Source: Octopus sinensis (lineage: Eukaryota). From it: a stretch of DNA of 64,000 nucleotides. The DNA lies in assembly GCF_006345805.1 (NCBI RefSeq), contig NW_021829832.1, positions 248,001-312,000 of the forward strand, written 5' to 3'. Of this stretch, positions 52,890 to 64,000 are shown one piece after another (the stretch's first letter is position 1; each line of letters starts with the position of its first letter). The notes under the pieces were generated by a model. It did not search any database. It was not told the origin of the DNA and was given only the letters and a program-made list of their open reading frames with translations. Both the position numbers and the translations under genes were made by a program.

Positions 52890-53690
52890 TCGGATTAACG
52901 AGGGTTGACTGTAATTAGATTGCTCCAAGCTCTCTTGTTCTTAGCTAGATTCCTTAGAGAGACCAGATCGTCACCAGATGCCAATTTCTTTACGGTTTTC
53001 AGATTGTTTTGTAAAACAAGGGTAGTTCTCGGTCTTCCACGAAAGCATCCTACATTAGAAGAGGGGTAGTAATCCTCCATTTACATGTTCGGGGAGGATG
53101 TCGGGTTTAACCTCAGAATGTTTCTAAAAAGTCTCAAACTAATGATCTCACGACTTATTGGCGTACAGTCACAAATATTGTACAGTCCACTTCGCAAAAT
53201 CCTGGATGGCCACGACATTGCAGTTATGTTTCTTAGATGATTCTTGTGAAACAAATCGAGCCTCTCCAATTCCTCTTTTGTGTGCCCCAATTCCAGAGTT
53301 GTATAGAGGATTGGTTTGATAAATGTGTCGAATAGCATTATCCATTGTTTTATGTTATTCCCTTTCTGTTTTAGGTTATTCAGTCTGTCTAATGCCGCGT
53401 TTGCCAGGGTTTTCTTCGTATGATATCTTCACTGTCTCCTAACAGGAAATCTCCGGGAGGAGTGTCTGTGTTTATTTCAAATTTCCTTTAGCAGGTTTTT
53501 CCAACTCTCGCAAGGAGCTCTGTGTTAGACAGAAGGATTTGGGCCATTTTTAGACTCGATTCGTCAATAATCCCTTCCAGCAGTGTCATCAGTTTGACCG
53601 AGTCAGAATGCGGGTGGCATTGCAATATCTTTGGTCTGTCGCATATCTCCATCTGTTACTGCATCAGCTGTTGATCTTCCTCCACATTGA
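52890..53690 (-). mobile_element. RTE-like LINE 3' part
   Basis: FIKPILY, LDLFHKNHLR and FRGRPRTTL...LAKNKRAW. Confidence 0.7.
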
Positions 53691-53775
53691 TATTAAGTTA
53701 ATTAATTAAAAAGTTTTAAATAATAAACTTATAAAATTACTTTAAAATATAATATATAATTTAAATATATTATTT

Positions 53776-54817
53776 TTGAAAATTTCACGTACAGAAAAAT
53801 CATTTTCTAATTTTCTCATCTCCGGGGCAGTCAGCGGGTTTCTAACCCGTTTTGCAACTCAACCCTTTGATGTCCTAAAAATCAGATTTCAGGTCCCTTT
53901 CTCTAATCACAGCAGCTCCAACATGAGCCAATATCAAAGAATTGCCCGTCCGCTCACTACCGCGACATAATCCAGGCAACCAAACTTATCCTCAAAATCG
54001 AGGGAATCCGCGGATTCTGGAAAGGACACGTCCCCGCTCAGTTCCTCCATGTGGCCTATAACTCAACACAAGTACTCCAGTCGTAGTAATTCGATAGTTT
54101 TGTGTCGTCGGGTGTCTACAAAATAACCAAAATTGTGAGAATTGCCCTGCAAAACACTTTTTGTTTGGAGCCGTGGCTGGGATTTGTTCTTCGGCGATAT
54201 CTCAGCCATTCGACATTTTAAGAACTCGGATTGTGAGTCAGCACAGACATAAGGTGGGGATAGTCAATATATCCCAGCACTACAAATCTCTATTTTCTGG
54301 TTTTTGTGATATTTGGAGGCTGGAAGGCTACCGAGGGTTTTATCGGGGGTTCCTCATGTCCCTCACTTCCAACGTCCCCTCCTCGATGCTCCATTTCGGG
54401 ATCTTTGAACTTTTAGTCAAAGCCTTGTCTGGTCATTCCCCGCAGAATTTGAGGATTGTGGGGATAAGCGGGGCTGTGGCTGGTCTTTCTGCTAAACTGA
54501 TTCTCTATCCTGTTGATATGCTTAAAAAACGAATGCAAATTCAAAACTTTTCGGTTCTTTCACGTGTGGAGTCTGGGAGGGTATATCACTACGGTGGGTT
54601 GGTGGATGCTGTTGTGAGTATCGTCCGACAAGAAGGGTTGCTGGCCTTCTATAAGGGGCTGGCCCCAAGTCTTCTGAAAGCTGGGGTTGTTTCGTGTATT
54701 CAATTTGTTTCATACAACTTTTTTTTGAATGTTTTTTCGAATGTTTATTTTATTTTTATGGACGAACGTGAGATGAAAAGGTTATCTTTTCTTTGCCTAT
54801 TCCGGATGATATTGTAG
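53776..54817 (+). CDS. SLC25A19: Mitochondrial thiamine pyrophosphate carrier-like; no ATG found
   Basis: PFDVLKIRFQLQHE, GFWKGHVPAQ, PFDILRTR, YPVDMLKKRMQ and FYKGLAPSLLKA; introns of 23, 26 and 24 nt. Confidence 0.85.
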
Positions 54818-54877
54818 TTAGAAATTTTGTGAGTATTTGTTAATCAGATTTTATTATTCTTTGGGTCATTCTAGTGG

Positions 54878-55090
54878 ATGGGTTATATGTCTAGAAAGCA
54901 GTCTTTACTTTGGAAGTACGACTTCATTATGTCCAGGGGCGATAGGATATATTTAACTGGTCCCCAGGCATTTAGATTTACACGTAGTCTGCAAGTTGTT
55001 GGTGTTGGACTAGTTTTATTTTGTATGTTTCTGTACTATTATGACACATTCCGTAGGTACATAAACAAAGTTATAATCCCACTCGTGTGA
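54878..55090 (+). CDS. Hypothetical 70-aa single-TM protein
   Basis: Open ATG ORF with hydrophobic VVGVGLVLFCMFLYYY; no homology recognised. Confidence 0.35.
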   Translation: MGYMSRKQSLLWKYDFIMSRGDRIYLTGPQAFRFTRSLQVVGVGLVLFCMFLYYYDTFRRYINKVIIPLV

Positions 55091-55099
55091 TAAGCGAGG

Positions 55100-55760
55100 A
55101 AATCTATGAACCATCCAGCCCCCTCTGTTATGAGCGAGAGCCAGTAAAGAATTCTGGTCATCACCGTTTTCTAAGTTCTTGCCAAAAAAAGTTAAGATCT
55201 TTTCTCAAAACTCCCGGGAGAGTAAATCTCGGTCGTCCAAAATATTTATAGCCATATTCTAGAAGTATTTTTCCACTGCGGGATGAGCGGAAGTGGCTGT
55301 GTCCACTGCGGGCAGCCGTGTAGCGTGTTTATAAAATGATTGATTATAGCAATCAAGTCTGTTTAAAAGGCTTGTCAGCTTGCAGTGAAAAGAGTCTTCA
55401 GTTCAGTATCCCCCGAGGAATTATAAAGTATAACAGGTTTCACGAAGACTTTGTAAAGCCTTATCTGTTAATGTTGGATAGTCTTTCACAAGGCAGTTTG
55501 AAACGAATGTCGGGACACTCCAAGAAGACTCTCTCTTGCCTCTGTTGTTTATCATTCAGAAAATCTGAGGACTTTCTACGATGGCTTTATTACCGAAATT
55601 GTCTATCCTGACGATGTTGACTTGTTTCTGATAACAAAAATGCTCTAATCAATCTTTTAAACAATTCTCTGAGAACACTTAATAAATGGTTTCTCACAAT
55701 CAACACTTTTAAAACCGAATTCACTGAAATAATTCAAAAAAATTTGCCAAAATACGCAAA
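55100..55760. mobile_element. RTE-like LINE fragment with internal inversion
   Basis: Minus strand 55470-55100 reads IRLYKVFVKPVILYN..GRPRFTLP. Plus strand 55470-55740 reads FETNVGTLQEDSLLPLLFII..YPDDVD. Confidence 0.6.
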
Positions 55761-55853
55761 ACAGCTCCAAGTCGGACCTGTAAATCGCCAACTCAGTTTT
55801 GTATAGAGAAACAAAATTTAGTTATTGAGTAATGTGACATTAAAAGACCGTTT

Positions 55854-56819
55854 TTATTTAACCATCGACTTAATAAGTTCCAAGGGAACTGGAAATAATA
55901 TTGTCGAGTTATTTTCCGCAGAAATTCGTGTAAGTGTTTGCAAGTACCTAAGCTGGATAGCCCCCGGAGCGCTCGAAATCATTTCCGAAGCTTGTTGCAA
56001 AGCCAATGCCGAATCCTTTTCTCCTTTGGCAGAAATAATCTGACAAATAACGCCCACAAACATTCTACTTTAGCCTGAGCCCCTCTGAGAGCCTCGGCTT
56101 CTGCTGCCATCGACCGCTGCATATCTTTGGGGATTCGAACATCTTTTCTACAACTATTAAAACTAAAATTAACATTTCCAAACTCTGCACATTCATTCCC
56201 CACTTGTCAGTCACCTCGTCGAGTTGTTTCTCAAATAGAAATGCAGACTTACGGATATTTCCAAGGATATGTTCTCCTTTTCTCGCAAAATGTTGGTCAG
56301 ACTGTACATTCCCAACACATTTCTCAGAATCGAACTGGCTAGAAGTTGGGTTGAGACTTTGACGTTCTCAACTTTGGTGACGGAGGCCTCCGGGTCGGAT
56401 ATATTGTAGAAGACCACGGCATCCACTGCCACGGCGACTGCATCTTTTGTGAGTATCTGGACGTATAAACTAAATGGGGACCTCCTGGGGAGGAACGTCG
56501 ATGGAGACTGTCCTCAAATCGACAATTCGGAGGTCATCCAGACATGGAATTATACAAAATAGGCCTTTGGTTGAAAATAGGAGGCCAACCTGGTCCTTTG
56601 GGACCTCCGCTAATCACTCGACCCAGACGGAAGATGATGACACGTTGATATTCCATTACAATTCTTAAAATACAAAGCAGAGAAATCGGGAAGGTGGCGA
56701 TTATTACTAACACACAAATAAATTGCATAATTAGAGTGAATGCGTTTTCTCCTGACTGGACTATTGCTTTATATAATTTGGGTGTGTTTACTTGTGGTTT
56801 GTTGCTCCCTTTGGTCCAT
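55854..56819 (-). CDS. STOM: Stomatin/band-7 (MEC-2-like) protein
   Basis: VMEYQRVIIFRLGR, GPKGPGLFCIIP, VDAVVFY, QRSMAAEAEA and LQLRYLQTL-like IQLRYLQTL. Confidence 0.9.
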
Positions 56820-57028
56820 TAAAAACTGTCTATCGCTCTATCCACGAATATATATAATATATATTAATCAATATTCGCATAAAAATTAATAATGCACTCT
56901 AAAATGATCAATTCATTATTATAAGTAAAAGGTAGCCTTGGCGATTATTTATTCAACCACAAGTCTATATTTATTATTTTTAAAATAAAAAGATATCAGA
57001 ATAAAAACCCAAATATTACTCAAAAAAG

Positions 57029-57717
57029 TCACTGTGTATGATCAGATTGTATTTGAAATCCAAAAAGTCTAAAAATCAAGCCACAAAAAAACGTGGGGAC
57101 ATATGTGGTCTCCACTTTGGGAGGTTTCCTGTCAGTATAAGTAAGAAAGATCATATGAGGAAGTCCCGTCCCAAAATAAGCCCCGTCGACCTTCCGGTGC
57201 TTCTCCGACTTGGGAGTATAAATATCCTCACAATTAGGACAGTATAATTTGACAAAACAAGTCCCCACCACGTCGGACAGTCCAATGGGGAGCAAATTCT
57301 GTTGTCCGCAGTAATATCGAGGACACACCCCAAACACCCCCGTCTGCCATTTCTCCACCAAAAAACGTGAAATCACCAGGGTACCATCTTGGCCATTCCT
57401 CGGGTGGTCAACACAAATCGGGCGTGCATTTGGCCGTACAAATCTTCGGCGAAGGACTCGAGAGAGGAGTCGTCCATCATGTCGAGGCATGAAAAGTCAT
57501 CTTTTGGTAGGGATTGGGGGGTACCGTCGTAGTTGAGGATTATTTTGAGGGCGTTGTGGTAGTTGGGGAGTTGGGTTAGTCCTATGCTGTTGAAGCGGTC
57601 GCCTAAGTAGTCTGCGTCGATCTGGGGTTGTGGAATTATGAAAACCTCACAAAAATACTCGTTTCCTGATTGAGTGCAAAATGATTTTATCCACGACACT
57701 TGATCGGAACTTGTCAT
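57029..57717 (-). CDS. CSNK2B: Casein kinase II beta subunit
   Basis: VSWIKSFC..GNEYFCE, LYGQMHARFVLT, FGVCPRYYC, VKLYCPNCEDIY and VDGAYFGTGLPH. Confidence 0.97.
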
Positions 57718-58210
57718 TCCACAAATTTATTTATTATTTAAAATTTACCACACAAAAAAGTTTTAAATTAAATAAACTAATACGTTTTTTTAATTAATTC
57801 AGATTTTATAAATGTCCCCATAAAGACCAGTAACTCTTAAATTTCTTAACAATCTTTATTTTAAACAATGTGAGAATTGATTTTATAATTTCGGGACTTT
57901 TTAAAGTACAGACTATCATAAATAGGATTCCACTGTTGGCATCTGAAACTTGAAAAATATTCTGTTTGGCCCAACAATTTCCAAGAAATTTCTCAACAGA
58001 ATCTAATTCGAAAATGGAATTCGATTTCGGGGAATCACTGAACCCCGTGGGAACTGGGAAATTCGATTGCTCAGGGAAATGACATTGTTCACTTAAAATG
58101 GTTTTTTAGCAATTAAAAATTGGTGACATAAATGGACATTCTGTTGGAAATTAGAAACACTAATTTAAAAGATAAACGACGTTTCTTTACTTTAATTATT
58201 TTGTTCCGAA

Positions 58211-59075
58211 ATGAATCATAATCAAAAATACGAAAATTTGTCATCAGAACTACAAGAAGAAACCGAATTTGAAATCACTGTTAGCCAAAAAGTCAATAAA
58301 CAACTTTAGAGACAAACAGATTCCAAAATCGAGGAATTAATCTCCTCAGAAGAAAAGTTTCCAATATATTTTATATTGACAGAATTACTGAAACGAATAC
58401 TGAACAAGATGTCGTTTCTTTCAGTTAGTTTTATTAGTTTTTTACACATAGCTCGAATAATTAATAAATTGGAAAATCTATGCGATTATATAGAAGGCAA
58501 TCTGATTTAAAAATATAGTTTAGAGCCCCTTCCAATTCAGACAGTTTTTCCAACCCAAAACGATCAAAATAACAAAATAGAAACAGCCAAAGCAGACCAA
58601 CTTGCTTCCAATGATTCTATTCCGCGGACGAATGCATCCTTGGAACATGGCTCCATCAATTCAGCTCAGAGAACAAACACATCTTTAGAGGTTGCATATA
58701 ACAATTCAGTTCCAATGACAAATAAATCTTCGATGCCTAAATCTAGCGATTCTGCTAAAATAATAAATATTCCAATGGAGTCTGAACATGATGAATCAGA
58801 AATGATAAACAACCCCGATTGTTTGTCAAAATGTTGTACTTTCACGATTATGTTGATACTTATCGGTATTTTTACTGAATGTCAATTTTAGTGGGGATCG
58901 TTACATTAATGGCATTTTTAATAAGTGCTAATGCCAAAAGTATCAAAAAATTGGAAGCCGAATGGTAGTTAGTTATTCAAATTTCACGATAATTAATTAT
59001 TAGTTTACAGATTTTTAATTTAAAAATGTTCATTAAAAGTCATTTATTTAATTATCGAGTCCCCATACAACTATC
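58211..59075 (+). CDS. Hypothetical protein with C-terminal TM helix
   Basis: Exons phase correctly across 26-30 nt introns, one of them GC-AG, into ORF 58640-58891. The 3' end is uncertain. Confidence 0.5.
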
Positions 59076-59580
59076 AAGATTATGAAATAAATATTTGTTT
59101 GCCCTTCAAAATGCTAGTCCTAAAGACCACTTCTTCCTTTATCCGAACAAGACTCTCTGCATTTTCGTAAAGTATTAGAATTTCAAATGCCAAATTGAAT
59201 GCACATTTCACAAGTATGACAATAAGTAGCGGTGAAACAATTATTAATCGTTTTAGTCGTGGTTTCCAAAGAACTCCAAGACATCAGGTTAAGTACCTGT
59301 GTTAGGAATAACTAAAAATGTAATATATAAGACCCCATTTGATTATTTTCTTAACACGTTGGGGACCCCTACCACAAGGATTGCTGTTGGTATAGAGAAG
59401 TCTATGTTCAGTCAACAGTTATTAAAAGGACTTTAGAGAGTATCTCGTTTAATTCTCCAGTTCTTTCCTGAGAGCCGGTGGACTGCCCATTCTCGAAATT
59501 CTACCGAAACATAAAAAGAGCTGTAGAGACACCTTGTTAACTCCAAACTATTAAAGTCAAAACAATCTTTTATTATTAAA

Positions 59581-60754
59581 CTAGAAATCATCATCAACAA
59601 TAGCAGTAACAAATTGTTTGTATCGACTCATAACAGAAGCTGCAAAATACTCCAAATGAATAATAGGTTTGTTTCCCTTGTTGAGTCTACACTCCACAGA
59701 AGCAGCCAATACAGCCAACTGGCATATGAGTTGGTCATCACAGTACTTCTCAAACACACACATCATCTCCTACCAATCACCCCCCCACACAACCTTAATA
59801 ATAACACTGGGAGGTATCAAACGTGCCAAAAGCTCGTAAAAACGTTTTCTAACTTCAACAAGACTGATAATACGACTAATTAACAAACCATTTAACATTT
59901 TGTTGTTTTATTATCATTTCTGCAGTAGCGTGGAGATATCTCTGCCACTCCCCTCGATCAACAACATCAGCCTTCCTTTCCATCAACAAAAATAAAACAA
60001 ACTCATTCAAAGCTTCACAAGCCAAAAGTGCAAGCCGCAAATTTCCTTGTGCCATTTTTGCAATTTCAAAAATACACGGCCGACGGGAAATTTGTTCAGA
60101 ATCACAAACTGTATTCAAAATCCTAACAACCTACCAAATCAATCCACAAATTACGTCGTCATCGGAAGGACAGGGAACCCTCAGAGGAAGAGTCCGAGAC
60201 CTCAATGGGGAAATTATATTGCAGAGAGTCTCCGCACAGAGAATCAGTCTACAAGCAGAAGAGTACTTTTCCATTGTCCGACGGAGAGCATTCTGAGCTG
60301 AACGAGACAGTTGGTCCACTTGGTTTAAGACGATGACTATAAAAGTCAGGAGAGGAAAAATGCCTTTGAACTTTACAGAGCCCTTCCGAATGGCCTGTGT
60401 CTGGGCGACGGATTTAATGACGTCCTGCACGACGAGACGGTCGTTGAATTTGCCGACTTGGCTGGGAGTCAGTTCCAGGTGATAGGCAGAGCCAATGGAG
60501 TGGAATTCTATTTTCTTTTCTGACGGTGTTTCAATGTGATGGACTTCGTTTTTTACTACTGAACTGCCAGGGCCGTAAAGTTCTCGTAAAATGGCTGCAA
60601 TTCGAGTTGACTTTCCACTTCCGCTTGGGCCGTGGATTAGTAGATTGGGGAAATCGTGAGATTGGACTAATTGTTTGAGAAATGAGGCTTGTTTTTTATT
60701 GTAGTCCAGTTCGTCTAAGGTTGATGGACGGTATTTGTCAATCCAAAGAGCCAT
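59581..60754 (-). CDS. RFC3: Replication factor C subunit 3
   Basis: MALWIDKYRP, LLIHGPSGSGKST, AQNALRRTMEKY, ISPLRSR and KPIIHLEYF. Confidence 0.96.
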
Positions 60755-61409
60755 TTATTGGGACTGAACAGTACAACGTCAACCAGTACAAATAACCGGT
60801 AAATATATTTTTATTCTTTTATTTAAGTCGCAATAAAATTTTTAAACTTCCATATACTCAATGATAGGGATTTATTGTTATCTAACAAGCAAAAGACCTA
60901 TATTTGACTCTTAGTCTTGTGGTCAATTCGTGTTTCAATTTCTGTTGCTTTAATTTCATTTTTTAGTCAAATTAATTACTAGTGACAATTCATCCATGCA
61001 GTGACGATAACCGAGCTTTTTTGGATACGTCCTGAGAGGTTTTGGAAGAGTAATTTAACCATTGTGTTGGGTGTCCCCTCACATTGGTCCATTTGAGAAC
61101 ATTCTCGACTACTGTAGGGAATCACCCAGTGAGGGACATGATTACTCAGGCCAAGTTTGGAGTAGTGTCAGACTTTTAGACCAAATCAAAGACTTAAAAA
61201 ATGCCTTTTCAATATATAAATATAAAGTGTTAGAGTGCAGCCATTTTAGAAAACAAAATTCTGTAATGATCTTCTTCCTTTCATATCACAAAGTTTTAAA
61301 TCAAAGATATAAAAATATTGCTTTTTGAAACGTCTGATTTCCAAAGAACAACTTTCATTGACAAAAAGTATTCTTTTACGTAATTCAACAACATTCTTTG
61401 TGGCATGGC

Positions 61410-62941
61410 ATCCGCGTAACACATTCAATCGTGTTACAAACGTGACCTATATTTTGTTATATATGACCTATATTTGACACGAATAATTCTTGATATTAAT
61501 CCTGTAAAATTAAATCGCTGAACCCAATTCACTGCGCATAAAAAAATTAATATCACTAAGCTAAATAATTTCATTTTTTTATATTTTTGATTTCTATTAA
61601 AGTCCTTTACGATTGAGACCAAATCTCCAATTTCTATTGGCTTATTGTTTAAATTTCTTTTCCTTTTAATACTTTGATAATATTTTTCATTGTTAAGTTC
61701 AACATCTAAAATAAACATTTTTCGATATACCTTGATTTTATTTAATTTTAAAATCATCTTCACAATTTTTTGTTCGTTTTGTTCACAATTCAAGTTTGAT
61801 ATTTCTTTTTTCTTATCTTCACCAATATCTAAACATTATAATATTTAAAGTCACTTTCAATCCGCATAAATGTATTATACCCTTTAGTACAGTGAAATAA
61901 GATAAACGGTGAGTTTTTCGTTGCTGAATGAATACTTATATTGGAATAAATATCGATTATGTTAAAAATATGTTTGAGAATATGATTTTCTTCAGACCAG
62001 CGACTCAAATCTACCATATCCATCTTGTAACGCTCTCTTGGAGCTTTTGCTTTAATATTTATTAAAGGAATATGTGCTTTTAACGACTGACTTTAAGCAC
62101 AGACTACACATTCAGCACAAACTTTTTGAATAATTAACTTCTTAATACTAATAAATAGTTTTCAGAATATTCTTTCATTTTGTTTACTCCATAATGCGTT
62201 GTCAAATGTGAATTCAGACTTCATAGTTTCCAAATCATCTTGAGCAATTACAATTTTTTGCTCCATCATTTTTATTAGCCTAGGGGTCGGCAGAATTTCA
62301 GACTTCACGGACCGGATTATAAAAAATTATTGGTCTGCGGGACGAATAATTTGTTTTATTTATTTAAGGCTAATATTAATTAAGTGAATAAAACTTTATT
62401 TAACCTAACAACGAGTAAATTTTATTTTAATTGAATTTGCTGTTTAATTTTTCATATACTGTCGTTTATTGTTCGAGAGTTCATCGATATTAGGTGCATA
62501 GGTCGTGGACGCTAAAATTAAAACATCATTAAGATGATTATCCGTAATTCTTGTTCTATGATTGTTTTTCGTGTTTATCATTTTTGAAATAACTGTTCGC
62601 ATACAAAAGTACTTCCAAATAAAGATATCATTTTTTTGGAATAGTTTACTAACAGCTGATATTTTCCACACGGTTGAACATATTTCTCATAAAATTCCAC
62701 AATGTTACAAGATTTGAATAAAAAATCGTTTTAAGAACATGATCAGACTGCAAATCTATAAATTCCAATTGATAGATTTCATTCGCTGAATTGATTTCTA
62801 CATCGAAAGGTATAGAAAAATCTTAAATTCGTCCGAATGAGCTTTAAAGTCCACAAATCAAGATGAAAATTGGGATTCAGATCAGAATCTAGGTCACAAT
62901 ATAGGTCACGTGTGTAACACGATAAAATGTGTAACGCGGAT
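61410..62941 (-). mobile_element. Internally deleted Ginger/Gin-type integrase element with TIRs
   Basis: Inverted ends ATCCGCGT(A/T)ACACATT..CGTGTTACA.ACGTGACCTATATT. Peptides CAECVVCA..APRERYKMDMVDL..IIDIYS joined to IHSATKNSPF, and EIGDLVSIVKDF. Confidence 0.75.
62281..62870 (-). mobile_element. hAT (Buster/SPIN-like) 3' fragment nested in the element above
   Basis: RTRITDNHLNDVLILAST..PNIDEL; terminus TAGGGGTCGGCA at 62281. Confidence 0.65.
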
Positions 62942-63209
62942 GGCGGCGACATTCTTCATATTTTTTTATTACTGAAGTTATTTAAAAAAGTAAAAAAATG
63001 AGGACTTTTAAAAGAGAATTTCCAAACAATACTTTATAAGAACGATCCCTATCCCTTTAAGAACAGTTTTCTGCATACAAGTCTATACACCCAGCAGTAA
63101 CCCTCGTGCTATTGGACAGCAAGTAACCAACTCGAATAATTTACACAGGGAAATATAATGAACTAATGAGAAAGTAATAAGTATGAAATAGTCATGTGGG
63201 AGTAATACT

Positions 63210-64000
63210 CTAATCATCATCCGTACTAAATTGAGATTCAAAAGAGTCGTCCTCACTCGAGGATTGCAAATATTTCGACATGAAACGCAACTTTTTATTC
63301 TTTCCATTGTAAACATGTTTGACCTTCCTGGGTTTCTCGGAAGCAAACTCCATCAAATAGGGGTACAGCCGGTCTAAATCAGCCTCAATCTTCTCCACCG
63401 TCACCCCTGCAACAGTGAGACCCCACCACAATCAACCCGTGGCGGAAATACTCCCAGTGGCGAATATTATGAAGGACACTGAACTATCCTTGAAGGAATA
63501 AGTCGCCCCTGGGTGCATCTCACTCTCAAACTCCCTCCTCCCACTATCCACAACCATTTATGACACTCAAATTACAAAACAGAGTCATCTCGAACATGAC
63601 GGGCATGGAACGAGTATATATCAATTCCGAACGACAGAAAAGTCGAAATAAACACATTTACAACACGGTAGCGTCCAAATCGGACAGGAAAGCCCATTTT
63701 CATCAGACAACGGGCCACTTTCCGGGATGCCTTGTGAGCATTCTCCAGACTAGCCAATCACCCCACAACACACACCTGTTTGACCCAATACACGTGATTT
63801 TCCCAGTGGATGATATATTCGCTGTGCAAAACGGATTCCGAATTTTTTTGTAACAAATCTGGGAATATAAAATCAAAAAAACTGAGGATCCCGGCTTGAG
63901 TTCCACATGATGTCCATATCGGGCCAAATATCGGAGATCAATGCCACATCGTGTTGAAAATGTGCAGATTACGTTGTTTATTTCAATTTGTGGCGGAGAT
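63210..64000 (-). CDS. TBPL1: TBP-like factor TRF2/TLF, 5' end off the window
   Basis: INNVICTFSTRC, ISSTGKITCIG, SRKVARCLMKMGF, EMHPGATY and IFATGSISATG. Confidence 0.85.

Overview
AT-rich eukaryotic genomic DNA with no prokaryotic features. The TRF2/TBPL1, KIFAP3, IQCA1 and ZBBX homologues point to a ciliated animal. About 22 compact protein genes are broken by spliceosomal micro-introns, mostly 20-31 nt. A dicyemid mesozoan is my best guess for the source; this is inference and not proven. Genes recognised: RPS18, LSM8, LRRC51, KIFAP3, Hikeshi, AGL, IQCA1, UTP25, a BTG/Tob gene, ZBBX-like, SNF8, SCAMP, TEX261, SLC25A19-like, stomatin, CK2-beta, RFC3 and TBPL1. Short, nearly pure-AT spacers separate them. 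A transposon island at about 25-44.6 kb holds a complete non-autonomous Helitron with a 95-bp array, LINE, CRE, pogo and Ginger-type remnants, and a 168-bp satellite with higher-order structure. The most striking unexplained signals are three. (1) A C-rich to G-rich skew flip across each gene or gene pair, independent of gene orientation and also present in introns. (2) Micro-introns with almost no splice consensus, including three GC-AG introns and two homology-supported GT-TG candidates. (3) An apparently intact carrier gene with no ATG. All homology calls are recognition from memory after manual splicing and translation; no database search was run. Transposon boundaries are approximate unless termini are quoted.
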